Shown: positions 27,609 to 37,469, counted from the first letter of the stretch. The stretch is DNA of 49,710 nt from an uncultured Rickettsiales bacterium (GCA_944391005.1 CALXSB010000084.1:1-49710); one strand, 5' to 3'. Program-made: numbers and translations. Notes: generated by a model not told the origin, from the sequence alone.

Positions 27609-27771
27609 ATTTTAATTTATTCATAGTTAAAATATTGGCCTATTATGAAAATTTTATTTTTTTACTTGAAATTTAAAATATTATCTATATAAGTTAGATA
27701 ATGTTGTGAAGGTAGTTATTAATTATATTTAATAACTCGTTCTTTTTATTAATTAAATAAGGAATAAGTCC

Positions 27772-28113
27772 ATGCCTTTTTATGAATTGGTATATGTTAC
27801 AAGACAAGATTTAGCACCTAATGAGGTTGATAATCTTACTGAAAAATTTAAAAAAGTTTTAGAGCAAGGAAACGGAAAGTTGGTTTCTAAAGAATATTGG
27901 GGTTTAAGAACTCTTGCTTATAAAATAAACAAAAATACTAAAGGTCATTATGTTTTAATGAACATTGATGCACCTTATCCAGCTGTTGCTGAATTAGAAA
28001 GAATTATGGGATTTGATGAGAACATTATTAGAAAAGGTATTTTTAAAGTTGATGAAATTTCAAAAGAACCATCTAAGTTATTTGTCTCAGTTAATGCTAA
28101 GGATAAAAAATAA
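27772..28113 (+). CDS. rpsF: 30S ribosomal protein S6
   Basis: MPFYELVYVTRQDL...EYWGLRTLAYKINK...GHYVLMN; SD AAGGA upstream. Confidence 0.95.
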   Translation: MPFYELVYVTRQDLAPNEVDNLTEKFKKVLEQGNGKLVSKEYWGLRTLAYKINKNTKGHYVLMNIDAPYPAVAELERIMGFDENIIRKGIFKVDEISKEPSKLFVSVNAKDKK

Positions 28114-28125
28114 TAAGGAGAAAAC

Positions 28126-28425
28126 ATGTTAGAAAATAAGAATGATGTTCAAAATCAAGAAAAAGATGAATATTTAAAAATTTCTCTTGTAAATCAAGGA
28201 ATTTCTATTAAGAAAAATAAAGTTTGCCCATTACATGATGTGCCTGATAAAGATATAGATTATAAAAATTTAGAATTATTAAATAAATATATTTCTGAAA
28301 GAGGTAAAATAATGGCAAGCAGAATTACTGGTGTTTCTTTAAAAAAGCAAAGAAAGCTATCTAAAGCGATTAAAAGAGCCAGAAATTTAGCTTTATTATC
28401 ATTTATTGCAAAAGTTGAAGAATAG
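28126..28425 (+). CDS. rpsR: 30S ribosomal protein S18
   Basis: [48 protein letters not shown]; SD AAGGAG upstream. Confidence 0.95.
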   Translation: MLENKNDVQNQEKDEYLKISLVNQGISIKKNKVCPLHDVPDKDIDYKNLELLNKYISERGKIMASRITGVSLKKQRKLSKAIKRARNLALLSFIAKVEE

Positions 28426-28433
28426 GAGAAATT

Positions 28434-29012
28434 ATGAAAGTTATTTTAAAAAGTAAAATCAAGAAGTTAGGAAATATAGGAGACGTAGTTGACGTAAAAG
28501 ACGGCTATGGTAGAAATATGTTAATTCCTAATGGTTTAGCTATATTCTATACAGATAAAAATTATGAAGTTTTTAAAGCTAAAAAAGCCGAAATAGAAAA
28601 AGAAAATCAAGACAAAAAAGCAAAAGCTGAAGAATTAAAAAATAAGATTATTGCTAAAGAAGTTGTTTTAATTGAAAATGCGGGTGATGATGGAAAATTG
28701 TATGGATCTATCACGGGCATTAAATTAGCAAACTTTATTAACTCTTTATTAAAAATAAATGATGTTAAAAAATCAAATATTTCATTAAAAGAAGCTATAA
28801 AGAATGTTGGTAAATTTGCTATTATAGTAGAATTACATCCGGAAGTTTCTTTTGAAAAAGATGTGATTGTAGCTAGGTCTAAAGAAGAAGCTAATAAAAT
28901 CAAAAAAGGTGAGTTTGAATTGAAGAAAGATGATAAGAAGCAAGACATGACTCAGGAAATAAATACTGAGTCTAAACCTGAAGAAAAGGAAGCTAAGGAT
29001 AGCAAAAAATAA
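28434..29012 (+). CDS. rplI: 50S ribosomal protein L9 with a K/E-rich C-terminal extension
   Basis: MKVILKSKIKKLGNIGDVVDVKDGYGRNMLIPNGLA. About 40 extra charged residues at the C-terminus relative to typical L9. Confidence 0.92.
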   Translation: MKVILKSKIKKLGNIGDVVDVKDGYGRNMLIPNGLAIFYTDKNYEVFKAKKAEIEKENQDKKAKAEELKNKIIAKEVVLIENAGDDGKLYGSITGIKLANFINSLLKINDVKKSNISLKEAIKNVGKFAIIVELHPEVSFEKDVIVARSKEEANKIKKGEFELKKDDKKQDMTQEINTESKPEEKEAKDSKK

Positions 29013-29025
29013 TATTTTATTACAT

Positions 29026-29056
29026 AAAAAGGGTAATTTTAATTAATTACCTTTTT
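29026..29056 (+). terminator. Rho-independent terminator after rplI
   Basis: AAAAAGGGTAATT-ttaatt-AATTACCTTTTT. Confidence 0.65.
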
Positions 29057-29058
29057 AT

Positions 29059-29099
29059 TGTATCTCTAAAACCCCCAAGTTAGACTTGGGGCTAGTTTA
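29059..29099 (-). repeat. Conserved hairpin element copy A (acts as the rarA terminator on the minus strand)
   Basis: TGTATCTCTAAAAC + CCCCAAG-ttaga-CTTGGGG + CTAGTTTA. On the minus strand the 7 bp GC stem is followed by GUUUUAGAG. It shares identical flanks with copy B at 32182. Confidence 0.7.
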
Positions 29100-29121
29100 T
29101 CATATTTTATTAAGTTTTAAA

Positions 29122-30402
29122 TTATTTTTTTAACTTTTTTCTTAAATCTTCCCAATAATCAATTCGTTTTTTGATTTCTCTTTCAAAACCTCTTTCATTA
29201 GGTGTATAAAATATTCTTCTTGGATATTCTGACGGAAAATAATCTTGTCCAGAAAAACAGTTTGGAGTGTCATGATCATATATATAGCCATCACTATATC
29301 CAATTTCCTTCATTATTTTTGTTGGAGCATTTAATATATGTTTTGGCGGATTATAGGAATGGCCCTTAACGGCTTGCATAACGCCATTTATTGCAATTTC
29401 TCCGGAATTAGATTTTGGACAGTTTGCTAAATAAATTACAAGATTGGTTATTGCAATATCACCCTCCGGACTTCCTAAAAAATCGTAGGCCTGTCTTGCA
29501 TTTACAGCCTGAACTAAAGCATTAGGATCTGCCATACCTATATCTTCCATTGCCATTCTTGTTAATCTTCTAAATAAATAGTGTGGATCTTCGCCAGCTA
29601 TCATCATTCTAGCACACCAATACAATGCGGCTTGAACGTCGGATCCTCTAACAGATTTATGCAAAGCACTAATTAAATTGTAATGTCCATCTCTTGATTT
29701 ATCATAGTTAGCCGTTTTTCTTTGTAAAAAGTTTAGCAATTCATTGCTATTCAATTCTTTTTTTAAATTTGCATTAAATAATTCTTCACACATATTTAAC
29801 AAATATCTGCCATCAGCACCTGATATGTCGCATAATGTTTGTTTCGCATCTTCTGTAATTGGCAGCTTTTTATCTTCTTTTTGTTCTGCCCTATCTATCA
29901 AATTCATCAGAGCTTCTCTATCTAAAGAATTGAATATTATTAAACGACATCTTGACAACAAAGCTGAGTTCAGTTCAAACGACGGATTTTCGGTTGTTGC
30001 ACCAATAAGCGTTATAGTTCCATTTTCTATATATGGTAGAAATAAATCCTGTTGATTTCTTTTGAAACAATGTATTTCATCAATCAATAATATAGTGCCT
30101 TTACCATCTTTTTTTAATTTTTCAGCTTTTTCAAAAACATTTCTTAAATCTGCAGCTCCACTATTGGTTGCTGATAAAAATTCTATTTGCAAGCCGCTTC
30201 TTTTTGCTAAAATTTTTGCAGTTGTAGTTTTTCCACATCCTGCGGGTCCCCATAAAATCATTGATGGTATTTTTCCACTATTAACAATTCGCGTTATAAT
30301 ACCATTTTCTCCAAATAGATGGTCTTGCCCTGTTATTTCTTGAAAATCGTTCGGTCTTATTTTATCAGCTAAAGGTTGTGTTAAATTATTTTCAAAAAGC
30401 AT
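29122..30402 (-). CDS. rarA: Replication-associated recombination protein A (AAA+ ATPase RarA/MgsA)
   Basis: LADKIRP, Walker A GPAGCGKTT, Walker B LLIDEIHCF, ATTENPSFELNSALLSRC, HYNLISALHKSVRGSD, and C-terminal MgsA motifs. Confidence 0.92.
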   Translation of the reverse strand: MLFENNLTQPLADKIRPNDFQEITGQDHLFGENGIITRIVNSGKIPSMILWGPAGCGKTTTAKILAKRSGLQIEFLSATNSGAADLRNVFEKAEKLKKDGKGTILLIDEIHCFKRNQQDLFLPYIENGTITLIGATTENPSFELNSALLSRCRLIIFNSLDREALMNLIDRAEQKEDKKLPITEDAKQTLCDISGADGRYLLNMCEELFNANLKKELNSNELLNFLQRKTANYDKSRDGHYNLISALHKSVRGSDVQAALYWCARMMIAGEDPHYLFRRLTRMAMEDIGMADPNALVQAVNARQAYDFLGSPEGDIAITNLVIYLANCPKSNSGEIAINGVMQAVKGHSYNPPKHILNAPTKIMKEIGYSDGYIYDHDTPNCFSGQDYFPSEYPRRIFYTPNERGFEREIKKRIDYWEDLRKKLKK

Positions 30403-30653
30403 TAAATTTAAAATATCAAAAATTAATTATAAATAAAATTATAGTTTTTTCAATTTTATTTTCAATATATTTATAGGTGTTGGATATAATAATTATTTTA
30501 TAAATTTGTCCAATTATAAAAACTTGCAATTTCATTCTTTTGTTTTAAAATTATTGATATTATATGAATGAAATTGTTATGTTTTTAGATAAATTAAAAG
30601 GTATGCTTTCTTCAATGAAAAAAGTTGAGTATAATCAGTTCTTTAAAAAGAAA

Positions 30654-31673
30654 ATGGAATATGCTCGGCTTGAGGATATAGTATTTTTAACAAAATCAGA
30701 GGTTATCGGTGATTTTGATGCCGATAAAAAAATATATGGAGTTTCGACTTTAAAAAAAGCTAAAGATAATGAATTGTCTTTTTTGACAAACTCTAAATAT
30801 ATTGAGGATTTAAAAAATACTAAAGCGGGTGCAGTTTTTGTTGAAAAAAAATTAATGAATAAGGTTCCGAAGGGGACGGTAGCAATTATAAACGAAAATC
30901 CACATTTTGCATATATGCTATGCCTTGAGGCAATGTATGAAGTTCCAATTTTTAACAAAAGCGGTGGAATTTCAAGAAAAGCCCATATTGCTTGGAGTGC
31001 AAAAATTGGAAAAAATGTTGAAATTCAGGATGGGGCTTATATAGATAAAAATGTGGTGATTGGTGATAATTGCAAAATTTGTGCAAATGCTGTAATTTAT
31101 CATGATTGTAAAATCGGAGATGATACTTTTATTGGTGCAAACTCTGTAATTAGTTATTCAAATATTGGTAAAAATTGTATAATCCATAATGGTGCAATGA
31201 TAGGTCAGGATGGTTTTGGGTTTGTTCATAATAAAATGTTTAACTTTAAAATTCCACAAATTGGCAAAGTTGTAATTGGCGATTATGTTGAAATTGGTGC
31301 TAATACATGTATTGATAGAGGTGCGTTGGATGATACAATAATCGGTGCCAATGCAAAAATAGATAACTTAGTGCAAATAGGACATGGCGTAAAAGTTGGT
31401 ATAGGAACATTTATAGCTGGCGGAGTTGGAATCGCTGGATCAACTGAAGTTGGAAATTTTGTTCAATTAGGTGGAAAAGTAGGGGTAGCAGGCCATATTA
31501 AAATTGCAGATGGAGTTCAGGTTGCTGGTAATTCTGGTATAGCTCAAAGTATTGATAAACCTATGAGTTCATGGGGAGGATCTCCGGCATTACCTGCTAG
31601 AAAATGGCACAAATTAAATATATTACAAGAGAGAATGGTTAATAACAAGAAGGAGGAGAAAGAAAATGAGTAA
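30654..31673 (+). CDS. lpxD: UDP-3-O-acylglucosamine N-acyltransferase
   Basis: N-terminal LpxD domain ([25 protein letters not shown]), long hexapeptide-repeat region, QIGHGVKVG. The start is taken at [10 protein letters not shown] to give a length of about 339 aa; the track ORF starts 90 nt earlier. Confidence 0.88.
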   Translation: MEYARLEDIVFLTKSEVIGDFDADKKIYGVSTLKKAKDNELSFLTNSKYIEDLKNTKAGAVFVEKKLMNKVPKGTVAIINENPHFAYMLCLEAMYEVPIFNKSGGISRKAHIAWSAKIGKNVEIQDGAYIDKNVVIGDNCKICANAVIYHDCKIGDDTFIGANSVISYSNIGKNCIIHNGAMIGQDGFGFVHNKMFNFKIPQIGKVVIGDYVEIGANTCIDRGALDDTIIGANAKIDNLVQIGHGVKVGIGTFIAGGVGIAGSTEVGNFVQLGGKVGVAGHIKIADGVQVAGNSGIAQSIDKPMSSWGGSPALPARKWHKLNILQERMVNNKKEEKENE

Positions 31674-32130
31674 TGAAGTAATTGGCATAAAAGAAATAAT
31701 GAGTTATATACCACATAGATATCCATTATTGTTGGTTGATAAGATTATTGATTTTGTCAAAGGAGAGAGTGCAGTTGGTATAAAAAATGCAACAATGAAC
31801 GAACAGTTCTTTCAAGGGCATTTTCCTGATGAACCAGTTATGCCTGGCGTTTTGCAGATTGAAGCTTTAGCTCAGACGGCTTGTGTATTAGTTATAAAAT
31901 CCTTGGGCGAAAAAGCTCCAAAAAATCCTGGTATTTTATTTACAACAATCAACAATGTTAAATTTAGAAAACCAGTTGTTCCAGGTGATACATTAGAATT
32001 GCACGTTAAAATTGTAAAAAGTAAATTATCAATCTATGTTATTGAGGCATATGGTATAGTAGATGGACAAAAAGTAATTGAAGCAGAATTTTCTGCTATG
32101 CTATACGATAAAGACGCAAAAAAGATTTAG
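31666..32130 (+). CDS. fabZ: 3-hydroxyacyl-ACP dehydratase
   Basis: [36 protein letters not shown]. 8-nt overlap with lpxD. Confidence 0.95.
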   Translation: MSNEVIGIKEIMSYIPHRYPLLLVDKIIDFVKGESAVGIKNATMNEQFFQGHFPDEPVMPGVLQIEALAQTACVLVIKSLGEKAPKNPGILFTTINNVKFRKPVVPGDTLELHVKIVKSKLSIYVIEAYGIVDGQKVIEAEFSAMLYDKDAKKI

Positions 32131-32150
32131 ATATTATTTTTTATAGCATA

Positions 32151-32182
32151 AAAAATAGCTTCTTTTATGAAGCTATTTTTTT
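32151..32182 (+). terminator. Rho-independent terminator after fabZ
   Basis: AAAAATAGCTTC-ttttat-GAAGCTATTTTT, a 12 bp stem plus a T-run. Confidence 0.7.
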
Positions 32183-32222
32183 GTATCTCTAAAACTCACA
32201 GTTAGACTGGGGGCTCAGTTTA
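32182..32222 (-). repeat. Conserved hairpin element copy B (degenerate stem)
   Basis: TGTATCTCTAAAAC is identical to copy A. It is followed by TCACAGTTAGACTGGGGGCTCAGTTTA, which by hand alignment is roughly 80 percent identical to copy A, with stem mismatches. Confidence 0.6.
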
Positions 32223-32238
32223 GCTTTAGCGATGATTA

Positions 32239-33519
32239 TCATTTATTTATTAAATTTATAATATTTTCATAGGATGGAACATTATTATCAATTTTACCCA
32301 GTAAAGCAATAGTCGGTTTTGATTTTGTTAAAACCATTTCCATAACTTCTTTTAACTTTTTTACATTTACGGCTTCAATTTCATTTATCAACTCATCGGT
32401 GCTTATTATTCTACCTTTTGATAATATATTTGATGCATTTTTTTGTGCCCTGCTTGAATTGCTTTCCTTACTCATTAATATTGTTGACTTTAACTTTGTT
32501 ATAGCTCTTTTGCATTCTTCTTCTGTAATTTTTTGAGTTGTTTTTTTCAATTCGTCTATTGTTGCAGTTATTAGTTCATCAACCTTATCAGGCGAAACTG
32601 CACAATATACATCAAAAATACCAGTATCATGGCTTGATGTATTTCCAGCACTAATTCTATAGCACAGTCCTCTCTTCTCACGTATTTCTTGAAATAGTCT
32701 TGATGACATGCCGCCGCCCAATAATACGCCTAAAACACCAACTTCATAGAAATGTTCGTCAAGATGAGTGCAACTTTCAAAACCCATTATAAGTTGTGTC
32801 TGTTCAAGTTTTTTATTTTTAGTAAAATAACCACCGGTATAAACTGCCTTTTGTGGTTCTTTATTTTTTCCCTCCTGCAATAATGTAAAATACTTTTTAA
32901 CCAATCTTACGGTTTCATCATTTTTAATTTTACCAGCAAAAGATATAACTATATCCTTAGTTTTATATTGTTTATTAACATAGGATATTATGTCATCTCT
33001 TGTAAATTTTTTAATGTTTTTTGCAGGACCTAATATTGTTCTTCCATAGGGTTGATTTTTATAGGCTGTTTCCATAAAATAATCGCCTATTATGTCGCTT
33101 GGGTCATCCTTTGTCATAGCTAGCTCTTGTAAAATCACAAACCTTTCTTTTTCCATTTCTTCATTAAGAAAAATAGAATTTTGCACAATATCAGATAAAA
33201 GTTCTACAGCTTTTTCAACATTTTCCTTAAGCACTTTTGTATAGTAGGCTGTTTGGGATGTTGATGTAAATGCGTTTACTTTTCCGCCAATATCATCAAA
33301 CTCTTCAGCTATTTGCTGAGTATTTCTTGTTTTTGTTCCCTTAAAAGCCATATGTTCTAAAAAATGCGAAATACCATTGTTTTCCTTTGTTTCATTTCTA
33401 CTACCAGTTTTTACCCATACATTTATTGATACCGATTCAACATCGGGCATGTATTCATTGACTATTCTTAAACCATTATCTAAAGTTGTAATATCTAACA
33501 TAACACCATATTTTTTCAT
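32239..33519 (-). CDS. M16 family zinc peptidase (pitrilysin / mitochondrial-processing-peptidase-like)
   Basis: Inverted zinc motif HFLEHMAFKGT, downstream E in NAFTS...TAYY, and two M16 domains. Confidence 0.88.
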   Translation of the reverse strand: MKKYGVMLDITTLDNGLRIVNEYMPDVESVSINVWVKTGSRNETKENNGISHFLEHMAFKGTKTRNTQQIAEEFDDIGGKVNAFTSTSQTAYYTKVLKENVEKAVELLSDIVQNSIFLNEEMEKERFVILQELAMTKDDPSDIIGDYFMETAYKNQPYGRTILGPAKNIKKFTRDDIISYVNKQYKTKDIVISFAGKIKNDETVRLVKKYFTLLQEGKNKEPQKAVYTGGYFTKNKKLEQTQLIMGFESCTHLDEHFYEVGVLGVLLGGGMSSRLFQEIREKRGLCYRISAGNTSSHDTGIFDVYCAVSPDKVDELITATIDELKKTTQKITEEECKRAITKLKSTILMSKESNSSRAQKNASNILSKGRIISTDELINEIEAVNVKKLKEVMEMVLTKSKPTIALLGKIDNNVPSYENIINLINK

Positions 33520-33561
33520 TCTTTTAAAATCATATATTTTTTAAAATAAAAATCAATGATA

Positions 33562-34866
33562 TTATTTAAATAAATTTAAAGATATTTGCACTTTTAAACC
33601 ACGTGTTCTTTTAGAATTAGAAAAATTTATTATACCATTTTGTGATAAAACTATATCTTTCGCAATAGCTAAACCTAAGCCAACACCCTTTTGGTTTGGA
33701 TTCCTTGATTTATCAATTTTAAAAAATGGTTCTGAAAGTTTTTCTAAATTTTCTTCACTTACTCCGCCACCATTATCTTCAATTGATATATTTATTTTAT
33801 CTTTATTTGCCCTATTTAATGTAATTACAGTTTTTGTTCCGAATTTAAATGCATTGTCTACAATATTTTGCAATGCCCTTTTAAATGATAAAACCTGTAT
33901 TGATACGATTTCATTTTTGTCTATATTTTTTGTTCTAAAAAGAATATTTTTATTTATTTTTTTATATTCTTTTATAAATATATTTATAAAATCATACACA
34001 TTCACTAAAACTTTATCTTCAACTGTTGTATTTTTTGCAAAATTCAAATATTGATTTACTATATCTTCCATATATTTAATATCATCCTCAAGATATGATT
34101 TTGAAGGCGTATCCATCATTTCAAGCTCAAGTTTCATTCTGGTTAAAGGAGTTCTTAAATCGTGGGATATTCCAGCCAGCATCACAGTTCGTTGATTAAC
34201 AAACTTTGTTAGTCTTTTTTCCATTTCTAAAAATGATAAAGTTAAATCTCTTATTTCCTGTGCACCAGTCGGCTTTAATTTTGAAATCTTTTGATTCAAT
34301 GAAAAATTATTAACATGCTTTTTTAAAAGTTTTATTGGTCTTACTTGATTTTTCATAAAAATTATAGCCACAAGTAGTGTTATAAATGATAGCACGAGAT
34401 TCCATGTTATAAAGATTCTAGCTGTTTTTACTATTAATTCTTTTTTATTAACAGTCATACTTAAAACGCCATCATCTTTTTGCACTAATATTATAAAATC
34501 ATCATCATTTTCTTTAAGGGCAATTGGATCTTTTATATTTGATAATAAATTTTCAATAAAAAATTGTTCTTGATTAAAAAATACATATTTGTCAGTGTTT
34601 TTTATAATATCTTTCTTATTAATATGTTCGTTTTTGTAGAATTTAACATCTATATTCATATCATTATAATTTTCATTTGGCTTAAAATTTTTTTCAATAA
34701 ATATTATTTTTTGAATTGTTCCACTTGATATTCTTTTTATAACATTTTGCAAATGAGTTTGATAAAATATATAGGTTGAAATTAATTGAACTATTAATAC
34801 CGGTAAAATTATAATTAGTAAAAATCTATTAAAAAGTTTTGCAGGAAAATATTTTTTTAGTTTCAT
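33562..34866 (-). CDS. Two-component sensor histidine kinase (EnvZ-like: 2 TM, HAMP, HisKA, HATPase_c)
   Basis: H-box GISHDLRTPLTRM, N-box QNIVDNAFKF, G-boxes EDNGGGV and GVGLGLAIAK. No response regulator is adjacent. Confidence 0.88.
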   Translation of the reverse strand: MKLKKYFPAKLFNRFLLIIILPVLIVQLISTYIFYQTHLQNVIKRISSGTIQKIIFIEKNFKPNENYNDMNIDVKFYKNEHINKKDIIKNTDKYVFFNQEQFFIENLLSNIKDPIALKENDDDFIILVQKDDGVLSMTVNKKELIVKTARIFITWNLVLSFITLLVAIIFMKNQVRPIKLLKKHVNNFSLNQKISKLKPTGAQEIRDLTLSFLEMEKRLTKFVNQRTVMLAGISHDLRTPLTRMKLELEMMDTPSKSYLEDDIKYMEDIVNQYLNFAKNTTVEDKVLVNVYDFINIFIKEYKKINKNILFRTKNIDKNEIVSIQVLSFKRALQNIVDNAFKFGTKTVITLNRANKDKINISIEDNGGGVSEENLEKLSEPFFKIDKSRNPNQKGVGLGLAIAKDIVLSQNGIINFSNSKRTRGLKVQISLNLFK

Positions 34867-34877
34867 TTCTAAATAAA

Positions 34878-35495
34878 TTATTTTTTACTAATAATTAAAT
34901 CATAAATTAATTCTCTTATTTGACTGATGCCTAAGTTTTCTTTACTGCTTGCAAATAAAACTTCTCCATATAAAGCTGGATGATCCTTAAATATATTTTC
35001 AATTGTTAAAACTTTTGATTGAAGTTCTAGTGGCTTTATTTCATCAATTTTTGTAAGTATTATTTGATATAATATTCCACTTGCATCAAGAATATCCATC
35101 ATTTCCTCATCATTATCTTTTATAGAATGGCGACTATCTATAAGTAAAAAAACTCTCTGCAAATTTCTTCTTTTGAGCAGATAGTCAAAAATTAATTTAT
35201 TCCAATTTTGCACTTCATGTTTACTAGCTTTTGCATAACCATAGCCCGGCATATCAACTATTGTCAGTTTATCGCCAACTTGAAAAAAATTAAGTTGTTT
35301 TGTTCTTCCTGGAGTTTTTGAAACAACTGCTATTTTTGAATTTGTAATGGCATTTATCAAGCTTGATTTTCCAACATTTGAACGACCAATAAAAGCAACC
35401 TCTTCTATATTATTTATAGGCAAATCACTTTCTTTTGTCGCACCTATTTTAAAAATCGGAGGATTTTTTATAAAGTAATCATCAAACTTAGCCAT
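34878..35495 (-). CDS. engB: Ribosome biogenesis GTPase EngB (YsxC/YihA)
   Basis: G1 GRSNVGKSSLINA, G2 TPGRT, G3 DMPGYG, G4 TKID. Confidence 0.9.
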   Translation of the reverse strand: MAKFDDYFIKNPPIFKIGATKESDLPINNIEEVAFIGRSNVGKSSLINAITNSKIAVVSKTPGRTKQLNFFQVGDKLTIVDMPGYGYAKASKHEVQNWNKLIFDYLLKRRNLQRVFLLIDSRHSIKDNDEEMMDILDASGILYQIILTKIDEIKPLELQSKVLTIENIFKDHPALYGEVLFASSKENLGISQIRELIYDLIISKK

Positions 35496-35637
35496 AGTTA
35501 TATTTAAAGTTATTCTAGAAAAAATATACTTTTGAAAAAAATTAAATCAAGAACTTTTAAGAATATTATTTTTTTCTTTCTTGATTTTAATCAAAGTAGT
35601 TTTATATTTAAATCACTAAGAAATAAATAATATATAT

Positions 35638-36828
35638 ATGAAACAATGCAAATTACCTATATATTTTGATTATCAAGCAACTGCACCAATGGATAAAAGA
35701 GTATTTGATGCAATGTATCCATATTTCATGCAAGATTTTGGAAATGCCCATTCAAGTAGCCATTGTTTTGGCTGGAAAGCAGCTGAGGCAGTTCAAAAAG
35801 CAAGAAAACAAGTTGCTGATGTTATAAATGCAAAACCTGATAACATAATTTTTACATCCGGTGCAACAGAATCTAATAATTTAGCTATTAAAGGAGTTGC
35901 TAGAGCCAATAGAACAGCGGAAAAAAATCATGTTATTTCAGTTTCAACAGAACATAAATGTGTTTTAGAAAGTGTAAAAAGTCTAAAGAAAGAAGGCTTT
36001 GAAATTACATTGCTGCCAGTTCAACATGACGGTCTAATATCATTAGATGATTTAAGAAATGCCATAACGGATAAGACTATCATGGTTTCAGTTATGGGTG
36101 TAAATAATGAGATTGGAGTTATCCAGCCCTTAAAAGAAATTGGCAAGATATGCAGAGAAAAAGGCGTAATTTTTCACACAGATTGTGCACAAGCATTTGG
36201 AAAAATACCACTTGATGTAGAAGAAATGAACATAGATTTAATGAGCATTTCAGGCCATAAAATTTATGGACCTAAAGGGGTTGGAGCACTTTATATAAGA
36301 GACAAAATTAAAGTTCAACCATTGTTCAGCGGTGGCGGACAAGAAAAAAAATTACGTTCAGGAACCCTGCCTGTTCCTTTGATAGTTGGACTTGGTGAAG
36401 CTGCAAAAATAGCAAAAAAAGATATGGAAAAAGATGCAAAACATGTTAAAGAATTATTTGACATTTTTTATAATGAGATGATGAAAATTGAAAAATGCTA
36501 TCTAAATGGCAGCAAAGAACATAGATGGTATGGTTGTGCAAACTATAGTTTTGCAGGTATAGAAGGTGAATCTATAATGATTAGAATAAAAGAAGTTGGA
36601 GTTTCTTCTGGTTCAGCATGCACTTCTGATGATTTAAGACCATCCTATGTAATAGAAGCATTAGGCGGAGATCCAGAATTAGCCCATTCATCCCTAAGAA
36701 TTGGCTTTGGACGATTTACCACAAAAGATGAAGTCAAATATTATGCAAAAAGATTAAAAGAAGAAGTTGAATATTTAAGAAACATGAGCCCATTATGGGA
36801 TCAGATGAAGGAAAGGGATAAAAAATAA
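35638..36828 (+). CDS. iscS: Cysteine desulfurase (IscS/NifS group I)
   Basis: [13 protein letters not shown], the PLP-lysine motif [15 protein letters not shown], and the active-site loop SSGSACTS. No iscU follows. Confidence 0.9.
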   Translation: MKQCKLPIYFDYQATAPMDKRVFDAMYPYFMQDFGNAHSSSHCFGWKAAEAVQKARKQVADVINAKPDNIIFTSGATESNNLAIKGVARANRTAEKNHVISVSTEHKCVLESVKSLKKEGFEITLLPVQHDGLISLDDLRNAITDKTIMVSVMGVNNEIGVIQPLKEIGKICREKGVIFHTDCAQAFGKIPLDVEEMNIDLMSISGHKIYGPKGVGALYIRDKIKVQPLFSGGGQEKKLRSGTLPVPLIVGLGEAAKIAKKDMEKDAKHVKELFDIFYNEMMKIEKCYLNGSKEHRWYGCANYSFAGIEGESIMIRIKEVGVSSGSACTSDDLRPSYVIEALGGDPELAHSSLRIGFGRFTTKDEVKYYAKRLKEEVEYLRNMSPLWDQMKERDKK

Positions 36829-36848
36829 TAAAAAACAATTATAGTTTG

Positions 36849-37001
36849 ATGAATTATCTACAAATAGGAATAAATTTTTTGGTTGGACAAAATATGAAGA
36901 AATATAATCTTCATGTCCACCTTATACCAAGAAGGTTTTGTGATATAGATAACCCAAAGGGTGGCGTTAGAGGCGTTATTCCTGAAAAGAGAGGCTATTA
37001 A
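36849..37001 (+). pseudogene. N-terminally truncated HIT-family (histidine triad) gene remnant
   Basis: A 50-codon ORF, MNYLQIGINFLVGQNMKKYNLHVHLIPRRFCDIDNPKGGVRGVIPEKRGY, contains only the C-terminal HxHxH(L)IPR triad half. An in-frame stop lies at 36819-36821, so the first 60-80 residues of a normal HIT protein have no room. Confidence 0.55.
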
Positions 37002-37002
37002 T

Positions 37003-37314
37003 ATGAAAAAACTTGTAAGAGATAAAATACCAGCTATCATTAGGGCACAAGGTAGAATTCCTAATATAGAGACAATTAAAAATGATGAAGAATATTACAA
37101 ATTTTTAACTGACAAACTTTATGAAGAAATAGAAGAACTATTGCTAGCAAATAGCATAGAAGAAAAAATAGAGGAAATGGCTGATGTTTTTGAAGTTTTA
37201 GATGCTATTTGCGAGTTTAATAAAATTGACAAAAGTTCTGTTTTATCTTGTAAAAATAGAAAATTTGATGAGAGAGGCGGCTTTAAAGACAGAATAATAT
37301 TGATTAAAGACTAA
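37003..37314 (+). CDS. MazG-like all-alpha nucleotide pyrophosphohydrolase (house-cleaning NTP-PPase family)
   Basis: MKKLVRDKIPAII...EYYKFLTDKLYEEIEEL...EEMADVFEVLDAI...RKFDERGGFKDRIILI. ATG at 37003 is preferred over the upstream alternative start. Confidence 0.75.
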   Translation: MKKLVRDKIPAIIRAQGRIPNIETIKNDEEYYKFLTDKLYEEIEELLLANSIEEKIEEMADVFEVLDAICEFNKIDKSSVLSCKNRKFDERGGFKDRIILIKD

Positions 37315-37341
37315 ATTATATCAATATTATTTTTAATTCAT

Positions 37342-37383
37342 TATTCTGCTATTCTCTCTCTATGTGGAAGACAGCAGAATTTT
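37342..37383 (+). terminator. Possible terminator hairpin after the MazG-like gene
   Basis: ATTCTGCT ... AGCAGAAT, an 8 bp stem with a long loop, followed by TTTTT. Confidence 0.3.
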
Positions 37384-37469
37384 TCAAAATTAAAAAAATA
37401 GGCATATATTTATAAGAACAAAATTATATGCTTCTTAGATATAGATAAAGCGATAAACGTTTTCATGAA

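Noticed and set aside
27609-27771. A possible S6:S18-binding regulatory leader in the 5' UTR of rpsF (roughly 150 nt).
   Set aside because: Only a weak AT hairpin (GTTATTAA...TTAATAAC) is visible, and I could not recognise the conserved motif by eye. It would need a covariance-model search.
29059-29075. The minus-strand reading GTTTTAGAGATAC of the repeat element resembles the start of type II (Cas9) CRISPR repeats (GTTTTAGAGCTA).
   Set aside because: There are only two copies, 3.1 kb apart and separated by ordinary genes. There is no repeat-spacer periodicity and no cas genes. The motif is simply the U-tail of a terminator hairpin.
35545-35590. An inverted repeat ATCAAGAA...TTCTTGAT upstream of iscS as a possible IscR operator.
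   Set aside because: It does not resemble the IscR type 1 or type 2 consensus as I recall them. The long AT-rich loop makes chance complementarity likely in this composition.
36858-37040. A 60-aa minus-strand ORF between iscS and the MazG-like gene.
   Set aside because: It overlaps the plus-strand HIT-triad remnant, whose HVHLIPRR...GGVRGVIP motif is far more informative, so it is most likely antisense noise.
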